Assembly: GCA_963734355.1 (NCBI GenBank)
Contig: CAVTHU010000044.1
Span: 86,273 to 150,272, forward strand
DNA length: 64,000 bases
Reading direction: 5' to 3'
From: an uncultured Actinomycetota bacterium
Lineage (GTDB): Bacteria; Actinomycetota; Actinomycetes; Propionibacteriales; Nocardioidaceae
Position 1 is the first letter of the stretch; every line of letters begins with the position of its first letter. Both the position numbers and the translations under genes were made by a program. The notes beneath the pieces are model-generated. The model worked only from the letters and a program-made list of their open reading frames with translations. It was not told the DNA's origin and ran no database searches. This document shows positions 18,925-29,248 of the stretch, piece by piece.

Positions 18925-19536
18925 ATGCCCAAGGTCACCGCACACCTGTCCATCTCCCTCGACGGCTACGTCGCCGGCGTCAACCAGACCCGGGAGGAGC
19001 CGCTCGGCGTCGGCGGTGAGGAGCTGCACACGTGGCACCTCGGCCAGACCGACAACGAGGTCGACCGCGCGATGACGGCGCGGATCCTCGCGCCGCGCGG
19101 CGCCTACGTGATGGGGCGCAACATGTACGCCCCCGACCGTGGTGAGTGGGCCGACGCCGCGGGCGGGGAGATGTGGCGCGGCTGGTGGGGCGAGGACCCG
19201 CCCTACCACGCGCCGGTCTTCGTGCTCACCCACTACCCGCACGACCCGGTCGAGATGGAGGGTGGCACCACCTTCCACTTCGTGACCAGCTTCGACGAGG
19301 CGATGGAGCGCGCGATCGAGGCCGCGGGCGAGGACACCGTCACCATCGCCGGCGGCGCCAGTGCGGTCCGGCAGGGGCTCGAGGCGGGCGTGATCGACGA
19401 GATCATGCTCAACCACTCCCCGCTGGTGCTGGGCGGTGGCGAGTCGCCGTTCGCCGGACTCGACGGCTTGCGGCTGCGGCCGATCGAGGTGCACGCGTCA
19501 CCGAACGCCACCCACGTGATCTATCGGAGGGCCTGA
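18925..19536 (+). CDS. Dihydrofolate reductase/RibD C-terminal family protein
   Basis: SISLDGYVAG, VMGRNMY, PVFVLTH, IAGGAS, SPLVLGGG; AAGGAG RBS. Confidence 0.85.
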   Translation: MPKVTAHLSISLDGYVAGVNQTREEPLGVGGEELHTWHLGQTDNEVDRAMTARILAPRGAYVMGRNMYAPDRGEWADAAGGEMWRGWWGEDPPYHAPVFVLTHYPHDPVEMEGGTTFHFVTSFDEAMERAIEAAGEDTVTIAGGASAVRQGLEAGVIDEIMLNHSPLVLGGGESPFAGLDGLRLRPIEVHASPNATHVIYRRA

Positions 19537-19611
19537 GCGCGCGAGGCCCAATCTTGGTGAAACGCCACGGCGCCCGGCGGCGACGGAGGACGACCGACCT
19601 AGCGTGCGCGC

Positions 19612-20286
19612 ATGACGCGGTCTCGCGAGTCGTACGTCGGGCCTGCTCACCGACTGGTCCGCCTCGGCAGCATCGGGGTTCTCACGGCGTTCACAGCCGC
19701 GGTCATCGCCAGCCTCCCCTGGCACGCCGACCGCCCGCAGCGGGTCGTCGTGCTGAGCGCGATCATGCTCGTCGTCCTGGCTGTCCATGTTGCGGCGGCG
19801 GTGGAGCTGACGTCGCGCGCATCGCAGCTGGCTCCTGTGACCCTCCTCGCTGGCCCCGCCTTGGCGGTGGTCGCGACTGTCGCGTGGATTCTCCCGCGGC
19901 TGTGGGCACCCGGCCTTCCAGTCAGCGGAACAGGTGCGCTGCTCACGCTGGAGCTGGGTGCACTCGTCGCCGCAGCGCTCGTCCGCGTCCGCACCCGGGA
20001 CCTCGTGCAGGCGACCATCGCTGGCCTCTGGGCCGCAGCAGTCGGCTCGTTTCTTGCCTTCGCCGGCTCGATGCTGGCCTTCAGCTACATCGCGTCCAGC
20101 GTCCCGAACACGCAAGGACGCTCCATGCTGCCCAGTGCGACCGCGGCCCAGCGACTGGCCGAGAACCGCGTCGAGGCGCCCGATGGCTACCTGGTGCTGC
20201 TGTTCGTGGCCCTGCTGATCGCTGGCTTCGTCTGCGTCACGGTCCCGATGGCCCGGAGGGCCGCACCGGCCCGTGCGGCCACCTGA
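19612..20286 (+). CDS. Hypothetical membrane protein
   Basis: About 6 hydrophobic segments; fills the gap between flanking genes; no family motif recognised. Confidence 0.55.
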   Translation: MTRSRESYVGPAHRLVRLGSIGVLTAFTAAVIASLPWHADRPQRVVVLSAIMLVVLAVHVAAAVELTSRASQLAPVTLLAGPALAVVATVAWILPRLWAPGLPVSGTGALLTLELGALVAAALVRVRTRDLVQATIAGLWAAAVGSFLAFAGSMLAFSYIASSVPNTQGRSMLPSATAAQRLAENRVEAPDGYLVLLFVALLIAGFVCVTVPMARRAAPARAAT

Positions 20287-20288
20287 AG

Positions 20289-21014
20289 TCAGCCGAACGC
20301 CCGGGAGACGTGACCCAGCAGGTCGGGGTAGCGCATCAGGTGCGCGCCGCCGTTGAGGTCCATCACCTCGCCGGTCAGCCAGGCCGCCCGCGCGCAGAAC
20401 ACCACCGCCTCGGCGATCTCCTCCGGCGTACCTGACCGGCCGAGCGGGGTGTTCGCGGTGTAGTCGTCCTCGATGCCGTCGATGTCCATCGCCGGCGCGG
20501 TGAGCGGGGTGATGACGAGCCCGGGGGAGACGGCGTTCACGCGGATGCCGCGCGGCGCCAGCTCGAGGGCGGCGACCTGGGTGAGCATCGCGAGGCCGGC
20601 CTTCGCCGAGCAGTACGCCGCGAGCCCACCGCCGGGCTGCCGGGCGTTGAGCGAGGTGATCGACGTGATCGAGCCGCCCTCGCCGAGCAGCCGGCCGGCG
20701 TGCTTGATGACGAGGAACGCACCGGTCAGACAGACGTCCACCACCCGGCGCCACTCGCCGAGGTCGTGGTCGACGACGGCCGCGAGGGTCGACGTACCGG
20801 CGCTGTTGACCACCACGTCGACCCGGCCATGGGCCGCGACGACGCCGTCGAAGAGCGCGGTCACCGCCTCCTCGGACGTCACGTCGCAGACGACGTCCGC
20901 GCCCTCGCCGAGGTCGGCCACCACCACGGTGCACCCGTCGTCCGCCAGGGCCCGCGCGCAGGCCGCCCCGATCCCCGACGCGCCCCCGACCACCACCGCG
21001 ACTCGATCGGACAC
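20289..21014 (-). CDS. Short-chain dehydrogenase/reductase
   Basis: GGASGIG, VNSAG, YCSAK, IRVNAVSPG. Confidence 0.9.
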   Translation of the reverse strand: MSDRVAVVVGGASGIGAACARALADDGCTVVVADLGEGADVVCDVTSEEAVTALFDGVVAAHGRVDVVVNSAGTSTLAAVVDHDLGEWRRVVDVCLTGAFLVIKHAGRLLGEGGSITSITSLNARQPGGGLAAYCSAKAGLAMLTQVAALELAPRGIRVNAVSPGLVITPLTAPAMDIDGIEDDYTANTPLGRSGTPEEIAEAVVFCARAAWLTGEVMDLNGGAHLMRYPDLLGHVSRAFG

Positions 21015-21041
21015 GAACCCTCCCAGCTGCTCGAGCGAAAG

Positions 21042-21055
21042 TTGACGCGTGTCAA
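21042..21055. promoter_or_regulatory. Palindromic operator, candidate site for the EthR-like TetR
   Basis: TTGAC-GCGT-GTCAA in the short divergent SDR/FMO intergenic region. Confidence 0.55.
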
Positions 21056-21076
21056 GTTAGTGCCTAGCGTCGGCAT

Positions 21077-22417
21077 GTGCCACCCCTCAAGCGCCCCTCG
21101 ACCGCCGTGATCGGAGCCGGGATCAGCGGCCTGACCAGTGGCAAGATGCTCGGTGACTACGGCGTGCCCTACACCTGCTTCGAGACCTCCGACCGGGTCG
21201 GCGGCAACTGGGCGTTCGGGAATCCCAACGGCCGTAGCAGCGCCTACCGCTCCCTGCACATCGACACCAGCAAGCACCGGCTGTCCTTCAAGGACTTCCC
21301 GATGCCCGAGGACTACCCCGACTTCCCGCACCACACCCAGATCAAGGACTACCTGGACGCGTACGCCGACGCGTTCGGCCTGCGCGACCGGATCGAGTTC
21401 GAGAACGGCGTGGTGCACGCCGCGCACCTCCCCGACGGTGGCTGGGAGCTGACCACCCAGCGCGGCGAGACCCGCCGGTTCGACCTGCTCGTGGTCGCCA
21501 ACGGGCACCACTGGGACCCGCGCACGGCCGAGTTCCCGGGCGAGTTCACCGGTGCGTCCATGCACTCCCACCACTACATCGACCCGACCGACCCGTTGGA
21601 CCTCAAGGGCAAGCGGATCCTCGTGGTCGGCCTCGGCAACAGCGCCGCGGACATCTCCGTCGAGCTGTCCAGCAAGTCGCTGCAGAACCAGGTCACGCTC
21701 TCGACGCGCTCCAGTGCCTGGATCGTGCCGAAGTACTCCTTCGGCCTGCCGGCCGACAAGTACTTCGTGACCTCTCCCCACCTGCCCCTCAAGTGGCAGC
21801 GATGGTTCGTGCAGAAGATGCAGTTCATGACCGGCTCCAACCCGGAGCTCTACGGGCTGCCCAAGCCCGACCACAAGTTCTTCGAGGCGCACCCGACCCA
21901 GTCGGTCGAGCTGCCGCTGCGGCTGGGCTCCGGCGACATCGTCCCGAAGGGGAACGTGAGCCGCCTCGACGGCCGGACGGTCCACTTCGAGGACGGCACG
22001 TCCTCGGAGTTCGACGTCATCGTCTACGCGACCGGCTACAACATCACCTTCCCGTTCTTCGACGAGGAGTTCCTCAGCGCGCCGGCAAACCAGATCCGGC
22101 TGTTCAAGCGGATGTTCCGGCCCGGCACCGACGACCTGGTCCTGATGGGGTTCGCCCAGGCGGTCCCGACGCTGTTCCCGTTCGTCGAGGCGCAGGCCCG
22201 GCTGCTGGCGGCGTACGCGGTGGGTCGCTACGCCCTGCCCGAGGCGGGAGAGATGGAACGGGCCATCGACGAGGACCACGCGAAGTTCATCGGCCATGTG
22301 ACCGACAAGCCCCGGCACACCCAGCAGGTCGACTACTTCATCTACGAGCACGACCTCCGCGCCAAGGAGATCCCGGCCGGCCTGGCCCGCGCGGCAGCCC
22401 GGCAGGGCGCAGCATGA
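21077..22417 (+). CDS. Flavin-containing monooxygenase (FMO)
   Basis: GAGISG, GGNW, FTGASMHSHHY fingerprint, GLGNSAAD, ATGY. Confidence 0.92.
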   Translation: MPPLKRPSTAVIGAGISGLTSGKMLGDYGVPYTCFETSDRVGGNWAFGNPNGRSSAYRSLHIDTSKHRLSFKDFPMPEDYPDFPHHTQIKDYLDAYADAFGLRDRIEFENGVVHAAHLPDGGWELTTQRGETRRFDLLVVANGHHWDPRTAEFPGEFTGASMHSHHYIDPTDPLDLKGKRILVVGLGNSAADISVELSSKSLQNQVTLSTRSSAWIVPKYSFGLPADKYFVTSPHLPLKWQRWFVQKMQFMTGSNPELYGLPKPDHKFFEAHPTQSVELPLRLGSGDIVPKGNVSRLDGRTVHFEDGTSSEFDVIVYATGYNITFPFFDEEFLSAPANQIRLFKRMFRPGTDDLVLMGFAQAVPTLFPFVEAQARLLAAYAVGRYALPEAGEMERAIDEDHAKFIGHVTDKPRHTQQVDYFIYEHDLRAKEIPAGLARAAARQGAA

Positions 22418-23011
22418 GCGACCAGCCGGCCCGCGGCGACCGCCGGCGTACGGCGCTGCTCGAGTCGCTGGACCACCACCTGCGTGAGGGCAGCCTCGAG
22501 TCGATCAACATCGCCGACATCTCGCGCCGCGCCGGCGTCACCCGCTCGGCGTTCTACTTCTACTTCGAGAACAAGGCGAGCGCCGTCGCGGCACTCATGA
22601 ACGAGATGTACGACGAGTCGTCCGCGGCCGCGGACCAGCTCCGCGGCGGCGGGACTCCGGCCGAGAACATCGAGGCGATGGTGCGTGCCCTCTTCTCCGA
22701 CCTGGGACAAGCACGAGCACCTGTTCCGAGCCTCCCTCGACGCCCGCGCGACCAGCACGACCGTGCGCGAGCTGTGGGACAGCGACCGGGAGTCGTTCGT
22801 CCCCGTGGTGGCGGACATGATCGAGACCGAACGCGCCTCCGGGGCCGCTCCGGCCGGCACCGACGCCACGGCCCTGGCCAGCGTGCTGCTCGAGCTCAAC
22901 GACCGGATGCTGGAGCGGCTCGCCCTCGGCGGGGCTCTCGACCGCGAGCAGCTGGTCGAGGCGGTCGTCGCGATCTGGCTGCACACGATCTACGGCGTGG
23001 TCCACGCATGA
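22414..23011 (+). CDS. TetR-family regulator (EthR-like), frameshifted near 22700
   Basis: INIADISRRAGVTRSAFYFYFENK HTH; C-terminal half lies in ORF 22685..23011. Confidence 0.85.
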
Positions 23012-23929
23012 ACCGGCAGAGCAAGCACGACCAGGTCACCTTCACCTCCGAGGGCGTCGAGCTCGACGGCTGGCACTTCACCGGCGCCGGCTCGGCGTTC
23101 GACGGTCCGCGCGGCCGGCCGGTCGTGGTCATGGCGCACGGCCTGGGCGGCACCAAGGACTCCGGCCTCGAGCCGTTCGCGACGGGACTGGCGCGAGGCC
23201 GGCCTCGACGTGCTGGCCTTCGACTACCGGGGCTTCGGGGCGTCCGGAGGTGCGCCGCGACAGCGCGTCAGCATGGCCGGCCAGCTCGAGGACTACCGCG
23301 CCGCGATGGCCGCGGCCGCCCGGCTGCCCGGCGTCGACGGGTCCCGGCTGGTGCTCTGGGGCGTGTCCGTGTCCGGCGGCCACGTGCTGGCCGCCGCGGT
23401 GGGCCGCGACGACGTCGCCGCGGTCGTCTCGCTGGCGCCCCTGGTCGACGGGCGGGCCGCCGGCCTGCTGGCCCTGAAGCACCACCCGTCGCGCGCGATC
23501 CTCCGCTCGACCGCCGCCGGCTTCCGCAGCCGGGTCTCCTCGCTGCGGGGTGGGGAGCCGGTGCTGATGCCGATCGTGGCTCGCCCCGGCGAGCTCGGTG
23601 CCCTCACCCTGTCCGGACACTACGAGTCCTACCTCGCGATCGCCGGCCCCACCTGGCGCAACGAGATCGACGCCTCGGTCGGCCTCGAGCTCGGCTCGCA
23701 CCGCCCGGCGCGGCACGCCAGGTCACTGCGCTGCCCGGTGCTCGTGCAGATCGCCGACTTCGACCGCAGCGCCCCGCCGCAGGCGTCCGCCAAGGCGGCC
23801 GCGGCGGCCCGAGCCGAGGTCCGGCACTATCCGTGCGACCACTTCGAGGTCTGGCCCGGCAGCGACTGGTTCGACCCGGTCCTCGCGCACCAGCTCATGT
23901 TCCTGCGCCGACACCTCGCCGTCGGCTGA
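23008..23929 (+). CDS. Alpha/beta hydrolase, frameshifted near 23197
   Basis: VVMAHGLGG, then FDYRGFGASGG, nucleophile elbow WGVSVSGGH and CDHF. Confidence 0.85.
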
Positions 23930-24009
23930 GGTTGGGTGCAGGGATACCCGGGTACCCGGGTATTCCAACCACGGTCGGATGGCTGGCGACATCATGTCTC
24001 AGTAACCTC
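23928..24009. repeat. Intergenic palindromic repeat related to the hutF insert
   Basis: GGGATACCCGG-GTAC-CCGGGTATTCC at 23941-23966; GAGGTT...AACCTC ends. Confidence 0.6.
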
Positions 24010-24015
24010 GGGGGC

Positions 24016-25416
24016 GTGGCCCTCCTCGATCACGAGCCGACCGACTCCCGGGTGCTCACCCAGCAGCGGTTCGAGCGGATGACGCTCGCCGGCGGCGCGG
24101 CCCTGCCGGCGGTCGACCTGGCCGGGCTGCCTGCGGGACCGACCTGGCCGGCGGCCGTGCAGACCGTCGCGCTGCTGCGGTTCCGGCACTGGTTCCACCC
24201 GTACCTGCACAAGAAGTACGGCGACATCTACACGGTGCGGCTGATGCCCAACGGCCGGCCGCTGATCTTCTTCACCAAGCCCGAGCACGCGAAGGAGATC
24301 TTCGCGGGCGACCCCGAGATCTTCCACGCCGGCAAGGGGAACGCGATCCTCGGCCCGGTCATGGGCGAGCACTCGCTGCTGCTCCAGGACGGCGCCGAGC
24401 ACAGGCGGGCCCGCAAGCTGTTGATGCCGGCGTTCAACGGCCAGGCGCTGCGGACCTACCAGGACCTGGTCACCGCCATCGCCCGCGACGAGGTCGCGCA
24501 CTGGCCCGACGGGCAGCAGTTCCGGTCCCACGACCGGATGAACGTGCTCACCCTCGAGGTGATCCTCCGGGTCGTCTTCGGGGTCACCGACGAGAAGCGG
24601 CTCGCTGCGCTGCGTCCGCGCGTCAACGCCACCGTCAACGTCAGCCCGGCGGTGCTGATGGTGTGGACGCTGCCGGCGCTGCACCGCATCGGCCCGTGGA
24701 AGGCCGCCGTGCAGAACCAGGTGGAGCTCGACGAGCTGATGTACGCCGAGATCCGCGAGCGGCGTACGGCGTCCGATCTCGCCGAGCGCACCGACGTCCT
24801 GTCCCGGCTGATCCGGGAGGGCGAGGAGGCCGGCGACCCCCTCTCCGACATGGAGCTCCGCGACCAGCTCGTCACCCTCCTGCTCGCCGGCCACGAGACC
24901 ACCGCGACCGCACTGGCCTGGGCGCTCTACGAGCTCGGCCGCGACCCCGGGCTGATGCGCCGCACCCAGGCCGCGGCCGATGCGGGCGATGCCGACGGTG
25001 ACGCGTGGCTCGACGCCGTCCTCAAGGAGTCGATGCGTCTGCACCCGGTGATCCCCATGGTGGTGCGGACCTTGATGAAGCCGCAGACGATCGCCGGCAT
25101 CGACCTCCCACGCGGAGCCACCATCGGCCCGTCGATCCTCATTGCGCACAGCCGCGAGGACAACTACGACGACCCGGGTCGGTTCGACCCCGAACGGTTC
25201 CTCGGCCACAACCCGCCGACCAACACCTGGATCCCGTTCGGTGGCGGGGTCCGCCGGTGCATCGGCGCCGGCTTCGCGATGATGGAGGGTGTGGCGGTGC
25301 TGCGCGAGGTGTTCCGCGCGGTCGACGTCACCACCGCCGGCACCGACGAGCCGCAGGTCCGCAACATCACCTCGGTGCCGAGGCGGGGCGCCCGCATCAA
25401 GGTGGCACCGCGCTGA
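24016..25416 (+). CDS. Cytochrome P450
   Basis: LLAGHETT, ESMR (ExxR), FDPERF, heme motif PFGGGVRRCIG; GTG start at 24016. Confidence 0.93.
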   Translation: MALLDHEPTDSRVLTQQRFERMTLAGGAALPAVDLAGLPAGPTWPAAVQTVALLRFRHWFHPYLHKKYGDIYTVRLMPNGRPLIFFTKPEHAKEIFAGDPEIFHAGKGNAILGPVMGEHSLLLQDGAEHRRARKLLMPAFNGQALRTYQDLVTAIARDEVAHWPDGQQFRSHDRMNVLTLEVILRVVFGVTDEKRLAALRPRVNATVNVSPAVLMVWTLPALHRIGPWKAAVQNQVELDELMYAEIRERRTASDLAERTDVLSRLIREGEEAGDPLSDMELRDQLVTLLLAGHETTATALAWALYELGRDPGLMRRTQAAADAGDADGDAWLDAVLKESMRLHPVIPMVVRTLMKPQTIAGIDLPRGATIGPSILIAHSREDNYDDPGRFDPERFLGHNPPTNTWIPFGGGVRRCIGAGFAMMEGVAVLREVFRAVDVTTAGTDEPQVRNITSVPRRGARIKVAPR

Positions 25417-25446
25417 ACGACGTCGCGCCCGCGAGGCTTCGCTCTC

Positions 25447-26736
25447 GTGACCTGGGGTGAGCGGTTCCGCGCAGTGCGCGTGGACCTCACGCCGCTGCGC
25501 ACCTCGCGCGACTTCCGGCTGCTGTTCTACGCCGGCACGGTCTTCTACTTCGGCGCGATGGTCAGCTACGTCGCGATCCCCTACCAGATCTACACGCTGA
25601 CCGGTTCCAACCTGGCGGTCGGCGCGATCGGACTGGTGGAGCTGGTGCCGCTGGTCGTCTTCGGGCTGTACGGCGGCGCGCTGGCCGACCACGTGGACCG
25701 GCGCAAGCTGCTCGTCGCCTGCGGCGTCGCCCAGGCGGCGTTCACGGGCGTGCTCGCGGTCAACGCGTTCCGCGAGGACCCCAGCGTCTGGCTGATCTTC
25801 GTCGTCAGCGTCGGGCTCGCGTCCACCTCGTCGATGCAGCGGCCGAGCCGTGAGGCCCTGATGCCGCGCACCGTCGCCCACGACGAGCTGCCGGCCGCGA
25901 ACGCGCTCACCAGCCTGGGGATGCAGACCGGCGTGCTCGTCGGCCCGGCCGTGGGCGGCCTGCTCGTGGCGTACGTCGGGATCGGCTGGTGCTTCCTCAT
26001 CGACATCGGCGGCCTCTCGGTGGCCTCGCTGATGTTCTGGCTGATGTCGAGCTACCCGCACCGCGAGGAGACCACGCCACCCTCGCTGGCCGGGATCCGG
26101 CAGGGGCTGACGTACGCGCTGGGCCGCCGCGACCTGCTCGGCACCTACCTGGTCGACATCGCCGCGATGCTCCTGGCCTTCCCGGTGGTGCTGTTCCCGG
26201 CGCTGGCCGAGCAGGTCTTCGACAAGCCGCAGTTCCTCGGCCTCCTCTACTCCGCCGAGACCGTCGGTGCCCTGGTCGCCACCGCGTTCAGCGGCTGGAC
26301 CGGCCGGGTGCACCACCACGGCCGCGCGATCGTGATCGCGGCGGCGGCGTACGGCGGCTTCGTCGCGCTCGCCGGCCTGATGCCCTCGATCTGGCTGGTC
26401 GGCGTGTTCCTCGCGTTCGGCGGTGCGGCAGACATGATCAGCGGCGTCTTCCGCGGCACGGTCTGGAGCCAGACCATCCCCGAGGCGATGCGCGGACGGC
26501 TGGCCGGGATCGAGATGCTGTCCTACTCGATCGGCCCGCTCGGCGGCCAGGTCCGGGCCGGCGTCACCGCTGACCTGTGGTCGGTTCGAGGTGCGATCAC
26601 CAGCGGCGGGCTGGCGTGCGTCGCCGGTGTCTCACTCACGGCGCTGTGGCTGCAGGACTTCTGGTCCTACGACGCCCGCACCGACGAGCACGCCGTGGCC
26701 GAGCGGGCCGCGCGCCGGGCGGCCGGCGAGAGCTGA
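25447..26736 (+). CDS. MFS transporter (EntS-like)
   Basis: GGALADHVDRRKLL motif A, about 12 TM helices. Confidence 0.88.
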   Translation: MTWGERFRAVRVDLTPLRTSRDFRLLFYAGTVFYFGAMVSYVAIPYQIYTLTGSNLAVGAIGLVELVPLVVFGLYGGALADHVDRRKLLVACGVAQAAFTGVLAVNAFREDPSVWLIFVVSVGLASTSSMQRPSREALMPRTVAHDELPAANALTSLGMQTGVLVGPAVGGLLVAYVGIGWCFLIDIGGLSVASLMFWLMSSYPHREETTPPSLAGIRQGLTYALGRRDLLGTYLVDIAAMLLAFPVVLFPALAEQVFDKPQFLGLLYSAETVGALVATAFSGWTGRVHHHGRAIVIAAAAYGGFVALAGLMPSIWLVGVFLAFGGAADMISGVFRGTVWSQTIPEAMRGRLAGIEMLSYSIGPLGGQVRAGVTADLWSVRGAITSGGLACVAGVSLTALWLQDFWSYDARTDEHAVAERAARRAAGES

Positions 26737-26737
26737 G

Positions 26738-27289
26738 TCAGCCTCGCGACTTGAGCGCCGCCATCACCAGGGCACCGAGCGCGCCGGCCGAGGTGAAGGT
26801 CCGCGCGATGTTGAGCTTCACCCAGAGCGACTCGAAGTCGGCGCGGACGGCCGCCAGGTCCTTGATCTTGTCGACCGGGCCGGCGGCGTCGAGAGCGTCG
26901 TTGAGCGGGATGTTGCCGGCGAAGGTGATCACGACGGTGCCCACGGCGAGCACGGTCGCGGCGATCGCCCACGGGCGGGCGTGCGATCCGGCCACGGCGA
27001 TGGAGGCTCCGGCCAGCAGCGGCGCGCCCAGGAACGTGGCGATGAAGACCGGGTTCACGATCGCGATGTTCATCTGCTGCATGGCGTGCACGAACGTGCG
27101 GTCGTCCACCTTGGCGAGCCCGGGCATCACGCCGGTGGCCCACGTGAAGTAGGTGCCGGCCTGGAGCCCGGCGACGAGGGCGGCGGCGAGCAGCACGGGG
27201 CCGCGGACGTTGGCGGTCATGGCGGTGGTCAGGAAGGGGTTGGTGGAGATCTCGCTGGTGAGCGCCTCGGCGCTGGTCCTGGTGGTCAT
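26738..27289 (-). CDS. DUF1772/anthrone oxygenase-family membrane protein
   Basis: GLQAG..VMPGL, MQQMN, NIPLNDAL, W..LNIART. Confidence 0.8.
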   Translation of the reverse strand: MTTRTSAEALTSEISTNPFLTTAMTANVRGPVLLAAALVAGLQAGTYFTWATGVMPGLAKVDDRTFVHAMQQMNIAIVNPVFIATFLGAPLLAGASIAVAGSHARPWAIAATVLAVGTVVITFAGNIPLNDALDAAGPVDKIKDLAAVRADFESLWVKLNIARTFTSAGALGALVMAALKSRG

Positions 27290-27370
27290 GACAGGAAGTC
27301 AAGCGCCGTTGGTCGAGAGTATCCATGGCTGAATCTGTCTATTGCATACGTCAGCGTCTACATTGGGTCC

Positions 27371-28330
27371 ATGGACGGACTCGCCGGACTTCTCGACGGA
27401 CCACGCGCCCGCGGCGCCTTCCTGCTGCGGATCCTGCTCGACGCACCCTGGTCGGTGCGGCTCGAGGACGAGGCGCCGCTGTCGGTGACGGCCGTGGTCC
27501 GCGGCCACCTGTGGGTGTGCCCGGACGGTGAGGAGCCGACCCGGCTGGAGGCCGGCGACGTCGTGGTCTGGGTCGGCAGCGACCACTGGACCATCGCCGA
27601 CGAACCGGCCACGCCCACCCAGATCGTGATCCACCCCGGCCAGGTCTGCACCACGGTCGACGGCCACGTCGTCGTCGAGGAGATGAGCCAGGGTGTGCGC
27701 AGCTGGGGGAACAGCGACGCCGGCGAGACCGTGCTGCTCACCGGCGTCTACCTCATGGAGGGCGAGGTGACCCGGCGGCTGCTCCGCGCCCTGCCCCGCA
27801 CCATGATCCTGCGCGCACACGAGCTCGACACCCCGCTCATCGACCTGCTCGGCGAGGAGGTGGTGCGCGACGCGCCGGGCCAGGAGGCGGTGCTCGACCG
27901 GCTCCTCGACCTGCTGCTGATCACCCTGCTCCGCACGTGGTTCGACCGGCCCCAGTCCGACCCGCCGGCCTGGTACGCCGCGCAGGGCGACCCCGTGGTC
28001 GGCCCGGCGCTCCGGCTGATGCAGCACCACCCCGAGCACCCGTGGACCGTTGCGGACCTGGCCGCCCGGACCGGCGTCTCGCGGGCGTCGTTCGCGCGCC
28101 GCTTCACCGAGCTGGTCGGCGAGCCGCCGATGGCGTTCCTCATCGGCTGGCGGATCGCGCTCGCCGCCGACCTGCTGCTCGAGCCCGACGCCACGATCGC
28201 GTCGGTGGCGCGGCAGGTCGGCTACGCGACCCCGTTCGCCCTGAGTGCGGCGTTCAAGCGCGAGCGCGGGATGAGCCCCCGCGACCACCGGCGCGGCGGG
28301 TCGGAAGTCGCCGCTCAATCGGCGGGGTGA
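27371..28330 (+). CDS. AraC-family regulator with cupin sensor
   Basis: HPWTVADLA...VSRASFARRF...EPPMAFL, VARQVGYATPFALSAAFKR; divergent from the DUF1772 gene. Confidence 0.9.
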   Translation: MDGLAGLLDGPRARGAFLLRILLDAPWSVRLEDEAPLSVTAVVRGHLWVCPDGEEPTRLEAGDVVVWVGSDHWTIADEPATPTQIVIHPGQVCTTVDGHVVVEEMSQGVRSWGNSDAGETVLLTGVYLMEGEVTRRLLRALPRTMILRAHELDTPLIDLLGEEVVRDAPGQEAVLDRLLDLLLITLLRTWFDRPQSDPPAWYAAQGDPVVGPALRLMQHHPEHPWTVADLAARTGVSRASFARRFTELVGEPPMAFLIGWRIALAADLLLEPDATIASVARQVGYATPFALSAAFKRERGMSPRDHRRGGSEVAAQSAG

Positions 28331-28412
28331 CGCCGGCCGCGGCACCGGCGCGCCACCCGCAGCACCACCGAGTCGACCTGCGGCTCGGGAGCCCACCCCT
28401 GTCCTCAACCGG

Positions 28413-29156
28413 TCATCGGCCCTGGCGCTCCAGCCAGGTCTGCCAGTCGATGCCCCGGATGAGGACGTCGTCCCCCTGCGGCAGGATCGAGCCGCCTGCC
28501 ATGCTCGCTGGCGCCTCGCCGGGCTCGACCGCCACGTCGGAGCCGATGTGAGCGGCGTACCGGCGCACGAGGTCGACCAGCCGCTCGGGCTTCGGCCCGG
28601 CCAGGTCGACGTCGCGGTCGATCTCGCCCGTGGCCAGCTCGACGAGCACCCGGGCGATCTCGGCGGTGTCGACCGGCTGGGTCGGCACGTCCATGATCCG
28701 GGCGACGCCGGCGTCGGTGTTCCACTCGAGCATCTGCCGGGCGAAGTCGTGGAACTGGGTGGCCCGCAGCACGAGCGCGCCCGGTGCGGCCTTGCGAGTG
28801 GCCTGCTCGTGAGCGTGCTTGGCGCGGTAGTAGCCGTAGTCCTGGCTCTCGTCGAGGCCGACGATCGAGAGCACGACGCTCCGTGGGACGCCGGCCGCGG
28901 TGGCCGCCCGGCCGAGGTTGGTGGCGACCGTGCTGAAGAAGTCGGTGGCGGCGGCCTCATCGATCGCCGGGAACGACGTGACGTCCACGACCGCGTCCGC
29001 GCCCGTCAGGGCACCCTCGAGCTGGTCGGTGTCGGAGTCGGTCAGGTCGAACCCCGTCTCGCGGGCGATCTCTACGACCTCGTGCCCTTCCTTGCGGGCG
29101 AGGGCGGTGACCTGGGAGCCGACCTGGCCGGTGGCGCCGGCGACTGCGATGCGCAT
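28413..29156 (-). CDS. NmrA-like NAD(P)-binding protein
   Basis: IAVAGATGQVG, LSIVG, YYRAK, LRATQFHDF. Confidence 0.85.
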   Translation of the reverse strand: MRIAVAGATGQVGSQVTALARKEGHEVVEIARETGFDLTDSDTDQLEGALTGADAVVDVTSFPAIDEAAATDFFSTVATNLGRAATAAGVPRSVVLSIVGLDESQDYGYYRAKHAHEQATRKAAPGALVLRATQFHDFARQMLEWNTDAGVARIMDVPTQPVDTAEIARVLVELATGEIDRDVDLAGPKPERLVDLVRRYAAHIGSDVAVEPGEAPASMAGGSILPQGDDVLIRGIDWQTWLERQGR

Positions 29157-29177
29157 GGCAGAAACCCTTCTCGAAAT

Positions 29178-29237
29178 ACTCGGATAATTTGTGTCCTAGT
29201 ACAGTAGAACAGGAACTCGGACAGTTGTCATCCGGGT
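29178..29237. promoter_or_regulatory. Two inverted-repeat operators, RsrR-type
   Basis: ACTCGGATA-N5-TGTCCTAGT (29178-29200) and ACTCGGACA-N5-CATCCGGGT (29215-29237) between divergent nmrA-like and rrf2 genes. Confidence 0.65.
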
Positions 29238-29248
29238 ATGCTCGGCCC

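Noticed and set aside
21793-25416. 1207-aa giant P450 fusion
   Set aside because: Chain of off-frame sequence and frameshifted TetR/hydrolase fragments; the P450 proper starts at about 24016
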